Origin: Thalia democratica
Lineage: Eukaryota
NCBI GenBank assembly: GCA_965202585.1
Contig: OZ241832.1
Span: forward strand, 26,412,001-26,476,000
DNA: 64,000 nt
Direction of reading: 5' to 3'
The translations under genes were made by a program, and so were the position numbers. This document shows, piece by piece, positions 1 to 11,300 of the stretch. The notes under the pieces were generated by a model. The model made no database searches. It saw nothing but the letters and a program-made list of their open reading frames with translations, and was not told the origin of the DNA. Position 1 is the first letter of the stretch, and every line of letters starts with the position of its first letter.

Positions 1-2199
1 CTTTTTACTGTTGTATCTTAAACAACCAATTTGTTAAAATTGTCCACAAAAGTATTTTTGATAAATAAAAATGGGTTGCTACAAGGTGTTTGAAATATAA
101 AGTTTAAAAATATCAATTTAAAATGAGGATTTTCTTCTGCTAAAATCACCAACATTATCATGTGTATTATCAAGTTGTATTAACACTGCAGATAAAACGT
201 AATATTTACTTAAAATAAAATAATGACATAGTAGTACATGTACTTATAGTAAGTAATATATCCTAAAATATTTATAAAGGAGTATATTTACTTATTGATG
301 TTGTAGTTAAACTAAAGTGCTATTAGTTAATGAGCAGCCAAATATAATTTTTTTTTCTGCAGATGCAGAGTATAAAAACTTTAAAGAATTTAATAAGAGT
401 TTAGTACTTTTATTTTTTTTTAGTTTTTGTACCGTTGTAGTTCTCAACTGGTTAAACTTTTTTGATAATAAAACGAGGTATAAAATATAATAAAATAGGT
501 CATTAAAAATTATGTAACGTAGCTTATTATTATGTAATGTAACTTTATACAAATTAAAGTAAAACTTTAATAAAACAAAAGTTTAATTAACATAAAAAAA
601 TGAAACCTTAATAAAAACTACGTGTTGTAAAAATCGTGTACCTTTTAAACGGTAAACTAACTTATATTTGGAAAATGTTCGCCGAAGTAGATAAATCAGT
701 AATTACTTTTATAACATTATACGATGTGTTGCAAAGTTGTTTTAGTTAGCTTATAGCGTAATAACCAGACTTCTATTATCAAATCGCAATACAATTACTG
801 GAGCAACAAATTTTAGATTTTAGATTTATTATTAAAGTCTTATTTCTTAAGTATTCAAAACTTTTTATTTTTTAAAATTTTTATGAAACTCCGATTGGCG
901 TTGCTAGAATTTATATTTTGCGAAATAAAGGTAACATTAGTTTATATATAGTCTAATTTTTATAGACTCTCATACGACAAGCAATAATAAACAAAATGCA
1001 AAAAACATTAAGTTTTCAAACCGCTATATTTAATGAAATTTTATTTATATAGGCCCTGTTTTAAAATCATATTCACATTTGCTAGGCTAGAGTGTTGAAA
1101 ACGAATGAAAACATTCATACATTGAATATCCGTAAAGTTAAGTTATTTTAAAAATATGATAGACACCACAACAAATTTGTGGTAGTATTTTTTTGCTGGT
1201 TTTACTAAATTTCTTCTTTGCAAATACTTTCCTAAAATTTCAATACTTTGAATATTATATAGTTACGTGATATTAAAACTTAAATAACCCTTGTCTTCCT
1301 ATTGTAGGATAAATATATCAAAATCAAGTTTAGTATGAGTTAACTTAATAAATATATAATAGATGTGATAATTATTTATTGTCTGTTTTTTATAGATGTT
1401 TTTTTACAAATTTTTTTATCAATTAAACACAAAAATAAGCTTGAAATATGAACACTATGTTTTACCAAACTTGGTTTTTGTAGTTGTTAATGGAGTAAAA
1501 GTTTAGTTCTTTTTTGGTTTAGAGTTATGTCCTGACTTACATTCATCATGAGTTTATTTAATTTTCACTGTTTTCTTTTTTTTAATAAAACGTTGCCCTG
1601 AAACCTCGTTTGAAAATAGAGTTTTAATGGAATTGCAAACATAAGATTTAATTATCTGTTTGTATAAAAAGTATTATAAAAAATTTTTAATGAAGTTTCA
1701 ACTTCAATATAATTTTTTCAAGGATCGCAAATTTAATCCAAAAAGCTTTTTTTTCGAAGAAATTAAAAAAACTTAGTATGCTTTGTTATATCGCTCCCAG
1801 TACATTATAAAAGCTTGTTTTCAACTAAGTAGAGAAATACTTTCTGTGATTTATTAAAACTGGTATCCTCATATGCTTTTTTCTACTGAACATTGTACAC
1901 TGTGCGGACAGTCATGGAACATCAGCACAAAAGCATTCATTCAACACGTCAATCCCCTTTATAAGTCTTTAAAAATCATAATAAGGGTAGTAAGGCTGGA
2001 AAATAAACAAGACTATTATTAAGGTTTTATTTTATGCCAGACTTTATTTAAGACTAACGTCCGCATATCTATCCCGAAACTTCTAAAAGTAAAATGTAAT
2101 AAAGATGATATTTATTGGTCCTGTTGCGCTAGTAAAAAGAAGAAAATTAACAGAAAATTTAAACCAGTTTTTGTTAAAACTCGCAGACTTCGGGCTCCA

Positions 2200-2850
2200 T
2201 ACGAAGCTTTAAAAACTAAAGTAGAAACTGAAGTATTCAGTATTATTTAGAGCTTTAAATACAAACAAAGCCAGTGATGAGGATAGTATTTCTGTAAAGA
2301 TCTTAAGAAAAAAATTAACTGTATAACTCGAGTTCTTTGTAAACTAGTTAACTAAGTATTTCATGGAGGTGTATACTAAGAAAGCTTAAAATTACAAAAG
2401 TAATACCAACTATTAAAGGAAAATATCGACCTATTCGACTTATATCTAATTAAGAAAAAATAGTTCAAAAAATAAGCTACACTCGCTTGTACAGCTTTTT
2501 TCGAAAATTAATGTTAAAAACATTTTTTAATTTTGTTTTAGAGAGGGTCATTTCACCCTTTTGTCATTTCTATACTTTGCTTTGTCAGAATTTGTTGGAG
2601 GGTTACTGTATAACTTTGATAGGGAAAAGCAGTTTTTGCAGTTTTTTTGGATTTAAGTAAAGCATTTGAAAGTGTAGATGTGAAAATCTTACTAAGAAAA
2701 AATGAGTGTTATGGTGTAAAAGATAATGTGAATTTACTTATTAGTTATGTCTAGATGAAAACAAAAACAATAACCTTTGAAGGATATGAGTCAGTCTGAG
2801 TACCACAAGGCTAAATTTAGTATTATTCTTAAAAAACATAAATGACTTAC
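2200..2850 (+). mobile_element. Decayed non-LTR retrotransposon (CR1/L2/jockey-like) reverse transcriptase fragment
   Basis: Hand translation across stops and frameshifts gives LNTNKASDEDSISVKILR, KLKITKVIPTIKGKYRPIRLISN*EKIVQKISYTRLYSF, AVFLDLSKAFESVDVKILLRK and VPQG (2800-2811). These are the usual non-LTR RT motifs, in the correct order. Confidence 0.85.
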
Positions 2851-3292
2851 AGAATAATACTCTTCTTAGCGTCGGTTAAAAAACAGTAAATCTAGCTTTA
2901 AATTTTTAACTAGAACAATTAAAAAATTTTTTTAAGTATACATAAAAGTTTTAAAATGTACTATATAGGTAAAAAAAGTTGCATGCTTTTCTAAACAAAA
3001 CAAATATATTTGTGTTACAAAACAAGAAAGTAAGAGCAATTTTACTAAAAGCGTATGGACTTGTTTAGCATATTAAATTTAGTTTATTTGATAATACAAG
3101 AAAAAAAAGTGTGATAAACTTAACTGTAATTTGATGCACAATGTTTAGTATAATTTTTTATAAACTTTAAATGAAGATGAATAATTAAAAGAAAATGCTG
3201 AAAAGTTTTATAGTTCTTAATAAATACGTAAAAAATATAACTTTACAAAATAAAATTTAAAAAAATAAAAAATAAAACAAAGCGTTCAAACT

Positions 3293-3850
3293 TCAGCTCT
3301 TTTTCTTTAACTGATGAATTTCTCCCATGTTATCGAACATCATCTTGTTGACGTAGCAGCCCAAAACCCCCACAGCCGAAACCACTGACATCATCATCAG
3401 AGGGAGAAACTCGTGCGTTGTCGAGTATTTGGTGAAGGGAAATAACCCTGTGAAGAACAACTTGCACAGGAGCAAAAAAGTCAGGTAGCACCTTGTAAGT
3501 AAAGTGGCAATTTTGTTCTCTTTTTGGAGTAATCCCCCTTTCTGAGATGTAAAGACGAAATTGAAGCTTAAGAGGTTGTATATTGCCCACAGTAAAAACC
3601 TTAAAGGTATTAAGAACTGGTCGTGTAAAAGTAGGAACATAGAGTAGTGTCCCACGTATTGAAGGACGAAGAATAGGACGCGGTCCTTGTGGTGATGACT
3701 GTAAAAATCAAGGATGGTGGCGGGTATGACGGACATCAGTATGGCTTTCTCGTGGACGTGCCAGCCGAACATAAAGGAAGATAGCAAGCTTATTTGAACC
3801 CCGCGAACCAGATCAATCGCTCTGCTGCCGAACAGTGGTGGAAAGAATAA
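3293..3850 (-). CDS. ALG8: Terminal exon of an ALG8-like alpha-1,3-glucosyltransferase (C-terminal ~185 aa)
   Basis: ORF contains LSSFMFGWHVHEKAIL...GHYSMFLLL...FLPLMMMSVVSAVGV, characteristic of the ALG8 C-terminus. The frame stays open upstream to an AG acceptor at 3851-3852 (LFFPPLFGSRAIDLVRGVQIS). Stop at 3293-3295. Confidence 0.9.
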   Translation of the reverse strand, partial: LFFPPLFGSRAIDLVRGVQISLLSSFMFGWHVHEKAILMSVIPATILDFYSHHHKDRVLFFVLQYVGHYSMFLLLHDQFLIPLRFLLWAIYNLLSFNFVFTSQKGGLLQKENKIATLLTRCYLTFLLLCKLFFTGLFPFTKYSTTHEFLPLMMMSVVSAVGVLGCYVNKMMFDNMGEIHQLKKKS

Positions 3851-4020
3851 CTTGTTTTATATCGGTATTAAGCAAAATTAATTTTTAATTACTGTATTAT
3901 GTATTGAACATAATTTAATCGTGTGTTAAATATTTTATTAATTTGTTTATTCTTTTTTAAATTAACCTTATTTATCAATACATATGCTGTTTAAATGTAT
4001 TTAAATTATTTAAAATTTAC

Positions 4021-4115
4021 AAACTTGTATAGGCAGGGCAGCATAGACACGAACGTTAGGACGAAAGTTAGGTTGGATAGTTGGAACACGTTGTGGTCGC
4101 AAATCTGCACCAATG
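4021..4115 (-). pseudogene. ALG8: Penultimate ALG8-like exon, apparently damaged
   Basis: Translates LVQICDHNV..(PTIQP in a shifted frame)..TFVLTFVSMLPCLYK, collinear with the ALG8 segment [29 protein letters not shown] as recalled. GT donor at 4020-4019 gives a 170-nt intron. No further upstream ALG8 exons were found. Confidence 0.7.
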
Positions 4116-7100
4116 CATTACAATTAAATACTTAAAATTTGTTACAAGGCTATTTGTATATACTAACTTTCAACTTAACAGTTAGTCCTTTAAACGCTTG
4201 GTGGTTGTATTATAGTATGTATTATAGTCGTTTTCTATTTAGCGGTATTTTCCATTTTATTACTTTTTGAATCGTTTTGGCGTGGGTTTCTAATTGCAAA
4301 TTGTACAACTAATTGCGTCTTGTTGAGTTTATAAGTCATAGAGTTATGTTTAGTTATATAAATTTATTTACATAAGATTAAAGCTTGATATTATTTATTA
4401 ATTTAAACTAGTTTATAGTTAGAATTTAATTATACATAATCTGATATTAAAAAAAAGTTTAAATTACTATATTATTATAAATTATTAAGCCTTTTTTTTT
4501 TGATAAATTGTTTTGTGTAAAAAGTTCTCGTACTAAAACTTTTTTTATTGGAAGTTTTAAATAAAAATAAAATAGCATCTTTTTTTAAGTTTTACTTTAT
4601 ATTTTGTTTAATTTCAGGTTTATAACACAAATGCTACGTGTATGACTTCAGCCTGTATGTAAAAAAAAAAATTATAACTTTAACAAAAATAAAACTCATT
4701 TAGATCTGTTTTGTTTGGCGGAGGTAGCTACTAACTAGTTTAGATAAAGCAACAAGGTTTTAAAAATTACTGACCTAAGATTTAGATTATTACGCGAATT
4801 GATTTACAACCCTTTTTGGTAGAAATTAATGTTTCAATTTTTTTATTAAGCACAATTTCTATGCCTGCGTCTACTTTTAAATATATAAAATATATACTTA
4901 CGTTTAGTTTTTTAATAATAATTTATGTTCTGCGTGAGTCTACTTCTAAAAATAAATAAAAATAGATGTTTATAAGTTTTAATGTAACAATAAGCAAAGT
5001 ATGTATAACTTTCATCAGTAGTTTGATCACATACTTTTCCTGCTTTTATTTTTTTTTATTCATTCATTTTTATGGTACTTCTTTTTAATATTAGTGTAGT
5101 TTGTTATAATTATAAGTTATACTTATTCAAATTATTTTTCTTATTCATCGATTAATAAAAAAGGGTTTCATTCTATACAATAGTAATAATATAAGTTTAA
5201 CTTATAAAACAACGACTAAATTATTTATAAAAGAACTTTTTTAATTAGTAAAATTAAAAGCTTTATTTGTTTAAAATAGTTTTAATGTAAATGCCGTTTT
5301 AAAAAAATTAAAGATGCAACTCGATTAAATATTTCTACAGCAACTTTACTTTAAAAAAACTAAAACTAAAAATTATCTTTAAAACAATTATAGTATAAAT
5401 CCGATTAAAAATATTTTACTTAAGTTTATTCATTTAATTTTATTCTGATCTATATTAAAAAAACAAGAAGAAAAGATTTCTAATAAAGTTAAGGTAAAAG
5501 TTTAAATGTTAACAAAATGTCAAACGAAGTTGAAATGTCAACAGCAGTCACAGAATTCTATTTTTGCTCTAAAATTATTGTCTTCGTCCCTGATAACACT
5601 GAAAATAGTTTTTATTATTAAGCATTACAACATTCTTCAAAAAAAAAAATTTAAACGCATATTTTATAAACTTACATATTAATTATTTAGTTTTTTAGTG
5701 ACTTAAGCGTACCATTAAAACCTTAAAATAAATTGCAAATAGAGGTATAAAAAAAACTGTTTAGTCGTTTACTTAGACTGTTTTCTAAGTTATGAGTTAG
5801 ATACTAAAGTTTTAACCGCATAGCTTAACTATTGTTTTTTTATAAATTCAACTTAACAAAAAACATTATAACAGAAGTAATCTAGGTGTTACTCATAAAG
5901 AAATAACACTTTCATGTGGTAGAACAAAGTTGTAAATACTACCTTATCTGTATATTAATAGTTTTATCTATTAATTTAATAAATATTTTTGATCTAAAAG
6001 ATTTTACCTCCACTTGAAATCAAACGACATTCCTATAAACTTCCTTATAATTTTTATAAAGTTAGTTTTTAACCAACACGATAATAAAAGTCTAAAATAC
6101 ACTAATAATAAAAAAATGCTTTCACTCTAATAAAGTTTATTGAATCAAGGTTTATAAAAGCATTTTTGTTCTCAATATAAATTAAAGTTAAATAACGTTA
6201 TGCAAATAGACACATGAAAGCTAACCAATTATAATAGTAAATTCGTAAAAAAAATGTTTTTTTTTTATTTAAGTTAAAGTTTTTTTGTTGGATAAGTTAA
6301 AAAAATAAAGTTTAATTTAAATATTTCACTAAAGTTATTTTACAAGTTATTTATAAAAACTTTTAACTGATATTGTACATAAACTAAAAAAAGCCTTTTA
6401 AATTAAGTAATATTTTTTTTTATTGATTTTAGAAGTAGATGTGAAACATCTACGTTTGTATTATAAAAGTAGAAAATCAATGAGTAGTTAATTTTTTTTT
6501 TATCTTAAAAGTTATAAAAGTTGAAATAGTTGTTTTAATTTCTAAGTCAACCAAAGCTACAATATTTTAACACTAAAGTTCAATAATGTATTAACTCAGT
6601 TGTAGTTGTCTATCTTATTTTTTTTTTAATTTGTATTTTGTTTGTTTTCGAAATTATTTAATTCGACTAATTAAGATGTTTTTGGTTGTCAAGCAAAAAA
6701 ATCTTAATTTAAGAAAAAAAAAGATTGCCAATATTTAAAAAAAGTTTACAATAAACTATCAACATATCTACTTTAAATGCTAAACATGTTTACAATAAAC
6801 TATCCTGTAGTAAAAAATGTTAAAGCAACATGTAAACTGACGAATAGAAAAAAACCTATTTTTAGCTTAAATGTAAAAAACACACAAAAACTATATTTAA
6901 TTTAATTTAATAAACACAGAATTATCTATTTTTAAAGAGTAAACACAAGTATTGAAACTGTGTTGGTTAATAGAATACTTTACTTTACTATAAATAAAAT
7001 ACGAAATTTAATATCTTTTGCCTTAAAAGATGCATTAATACCATTTAACTTAGCGTTTTATGACCTTTTCAAATGTTAAAATTTTTTTTGTTTGATGTTT

Positions 7101-8190
7101 CAATTAGACGGACTAAAATCTAACATTTTAGAATTTAGAGCAAATTTATTAAACAATTACTTAAGTTATTTTTTTCTTTTTTGTTATAAGAAACATAACT
7201 AGAAAGTACAGTTACATATTTTTGTTTAAATTATTTAAAAATTTATCTAAACCCTTGTTCAAATTACAAAACTTTTCGTTATATAAACTTTACTTTAAAC
7301 GCACTTTAATTTAATACCAAATTATTTTCTGTCAAACAATGGTTTTTAGGATATACTTTTTAAAACAGAAAACAGTACTTTTTTTACTCAAAAAACCGTT
7401 AAATGAGTTTCTTTAAGTTAAAGTTTATTACAGTTATGGTGCTACAAATATGTTTGCTGTTAACTTAAGTGAAAATAATTTATTGTTTAAAGTTAATTTT
7501 CAATTTAATTTTATATAACCGTAAATTACAATAAAAAATAGCCATTAAATTTAATTACTAGTAAAACAAAATCATTTAGTTTTTAGTTTTGTATACTTAT
7601 TTTAGTAAATATTATAAAATCAAAACGTACTTATTAGTATAAAGTTAAACAAATTTATTTTTTATTATCTGCTATTAAACTACAAGTTTAAATATTTACA
7701 ATATTGTTTAAGTTAAATAAAATTGTATAATATTGTACTGTTTTAAAAATAAACTTTTGGTCTTTTTTTTTAGTCCTAATTTTAGAAAAAAACTTTAATG
7801 CAACATCTGCTGTTTTATATTTCCATAGCTCTTAAGTTGTTGAAAACTTATAGACTATTTAAAGTATTCGTTTTTACTAGAAAACCTTAAAAAGTAAAAT
7901 GCGATATGATTTTAGTTTTGTATAAGTAATTAATGTAGTTGAACATTCACTACATTTAATTTTTTAAGTTGCAGTACAGGTTTAATGTGTACGTGTAGGG
8001 TCGAATCTTTGAACTGTTTTTTTTTTATCTATTAAAACAAAAAAATGTTTTGTTTAAACAATTAACAAGCTTATAAAGTAAAAGTTTAAATTTAATTTAT
8101 TTTGTATTGTATTTAAGCAAAGTTTAAATTTAATCATTTAATTTTATAACAAGATAACTAATTTTAACTTATTTTGTTTGTATTTTTTAA

Positions 8191-8302
8191 TTAAGGGGTA
8201 ACCTTTGTACGGCTTTTTACTTCTACATTCTTTTGCAGTATTGATTTTCTTGATGTTTTGTTCTTACCTCCAAATTTATTGACTATTCTAAGACGAGTAG
8301 TT
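8191..8302 (-). CDS. GPCR putative last exon (basic, Ser/Thr-containing C-tail)
   Basis: TTTTTAG acceptor. A phase-2 join to the 9610 donor gives R-TTRLRIVNKFGGKNKTSRKSILQKNVEVKSRTKVTP*. Confidence 0.5.
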
Positions 8303-11300
8303 CTAAAAATAAAGTGTTGTTATCAAGCTTTTGAAAATAAATGTTTAAAACGGCTTAATTTTCATAGCACAGTAACCTGCAATTAAATACGCTTTTTTAA
8401 CACAGCGCAAAATTACGTACCCAACTGGCAGTACGAACCTTAAAAACTTTTCTTTTGTAGTCATTTGTTAATTTTAGTCGCTTTTTACATGTTAGTACTA
8501 AAACTAATTTAGGAAACTAAAGACCAAAGTTTTCAAGTCATATATCAATACAAATCGTAATTCATCATAAATACAAAACACATTTGTTGAAAGTATTTAA
8601 ACGTCATAAGTATTTGTTTAATATATGTTATTATAAGTAATTATTTGTTGATAATTGTCTATTTATATTTACATTCAATCCGAAAAGTTTCAAAAGTTAT
8701 ATTGTAAAACCTTGGACCTTTAAAATTTACTTAGTACATAAAGTTATTTGGTGTTTTTAAAAATAAATGAAGACATATGAAACATTGGTCTTTCTTTTAA
8801 TTAAATGTTTTTATTAAAAAAAAGTTAGTTTACTTTGATATCATTAATTTTGCTTTTTATAAGCTTTCTTATTCTGTGTCAGTAATTTTGTATGTAAATG
8901 TCAATTGCGATACTTTTTATTTCCATTAAACAAATAAACTATAGTATGTTTGTCTTTAATATTAGATTTGGTATAAAAGTTTTAATATTCATTTTTTTAA
9001 TGTTTCCCTTCGTTTTGATTAGTTCAAGTGTTATACACTACAACTTATAGTAAAATATAGAAGTTTTTTATAACTTATTTTAAAGTTTTTTTTTCTAAAT
9101 TTCAAAGTAAAAATAAAATTGCATTTTGAACATAGCGTTTTTCGGGTAAAAAAATGTAACATACCAGCAGTTAGTACCTAAAAAGTACGTGCTTACTTAG
9201 CAGTTTACTGTATTGAATTATTTTATTTTTTAGTATATAGTATTATATAGAGGTATATCTACTGAATGATTAAAGTATAAGAAAAAAAATTTGCTTACAA
9301 TATATATATTTTTTTAAATTAAACAAGTTTTTAATCTAAAACCTTCAGAGTTTCTAAATTTATTCTTTAACTAGTAAACGCTTTATAAACTGTGTAAAGC
9401 CTTAATATTTATTCAAAATAGTCATTTAACATTTTTTTATGATAACTAGATTTAAGATTTTTTTTTTTTAAGTTTTTAAATACCTTCTGCTAAAGTAGGC
9501 AGATCTTATGTACTTTTTGTTCTAATAAAATTTTTATAAATTACTTAATAAATAAAACCTTATAAAATTTCATTAACTTAATATAGGCTGACAAATAACT
9601 ATTACCTAACCTCCATCTTTTAGAAAAATCAGTAACAAGAAATGTATGAAATAAAGGATTCAAAAGAGAATTGAGATAAGCTAATAAAGTACCCATTGTG
9701 CTCAGAATAACGCATTTATGTTCCTGTTAGAAATATTATTTAAAAATTGTTTGATATTAAGCTAAAAGTGTTTTTTAAATAAATTGAATATAATGGAAAT
9801 ATAATTGGAAAATACAAATTAAATTTTATGACACACTAATTACTTTTATCTTCCTATGTTTACTAAATTTAAAATAATTTTACAAAGTTCTGTCTAAATA
9901 ACTAATTAAAATAAAGTTTATGTTAGTTAACAAACTTTTAATTATATTTTTTAAAACAGGTGGGGATACTTTAAATTTTTAAATACCAATTCAATGAGAA
10001 ACACATTCTAAGTCTAAAATTTATTCGCAGACGACATATTAACTTTTCATCAGTCATTATCAAAATACTGTGATAAATAAATATTAACTAGTGTTAATCA
10101 ACTAAGTATACAAATATTTCAAGTAGTACAATTTATAAACATTTATAAATTAAAATTATGAACTACAACAAAATAATATGTTACATAAATATTTACACAT
10201 TGTTAAACTAATATATATCAATTTAATCAAAAATTCTTAGTGTATGGGTATTACCTGGCTTAGTTATTTTTCTATTTAAAATTTGATTATACCGTTTAAT
10301 TAGCAATGCTTCACTTATCAGGGTCTCAAATATGTTTTTACATTTTTATTGTTTTTTTTTTCATTTTTGCAAACATTACAATTGCTATTGTGATCAGATA
10401 CAGCTGTTTTGCCTTTTAGATATTCTTTAACTCTATCTACTAATGGTCGTAAAGTGAATCCAATATACTGGATACTTTTATCATAAGAGCATTTAAGCTT
10501 AGAATGTGTTTCTCATTGAATTGGTATATTTTTAAAAATTAAATCTTTTTTTGTAAAATAAAATTTGAAACTAATCTAACTGTCACCCTTACATTATATA
10601 TCTTGAATTGTATTCTAATACAATAAAAATAGGTTTTCGAACATTTTTTTATTTAGATAACTAATTTTAAACTTAATTAATCACTTTATTAATACTGATC
10701 GAAGTTCCCGTTAACCTAGTCAAATGCCAAACATGAAAAGGAAACCAGCAAACAATAAAAGTGACTACTAATGTTATGCATATTTCATTTGTTCTGTTTT
10801 TGTTGCTTTTTTTTATTTTACCTTGAGTTTTTCTAAACTTTTTGATGATTTTGGATTTATTTAAACTTTTTATTTGTATATTCGTTTGTTTTACCTGTTG
10901 ATGTAGTAAGATAAATTTTTAATTTATTTTATAATTGTTTTCATGTATTTGTCCATAAACTACACAATTTTAAATAAAATTTTTATTGCTTCAAACAAAA
11001 ATATTTGTAAATTATTTTATGAGTATTTACTTTATTTTTAAGCTAAATGGATTATAATTAAAATTTTTAGCTTAATCAATTTTATTTTATAAAACAAACA
11101 TTATAAAACAAAACAAAGTTTAGGTGTTGCAAAGTTACGTTTACAATACAAACTTATTTTATAAATGTTATCTGTAAGAAGTAAATATAAAAATAATCCT
11201 TTATACAACATTTTTGAAATAACATCTTTTTTTATAAAATATAAGAACTGAAGTGTAACGCTTAAATTAGTTCCATTTTATACATTGTTGTGTTAAGTAC

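Noticed and set aside
4990-5025. CTGATGA on the minus strand followed by an AAGT/ACTT stem
   Set aside because: No GAAA or stem III follows, so it is not a hammerhead.
10020-10060. Possible hammerhead in the Penelope 3' region
   Set aside because: Only CTGATGA is intact. Stem II and GAAA cannot be formed convincingly, so it is mentioned only as context.
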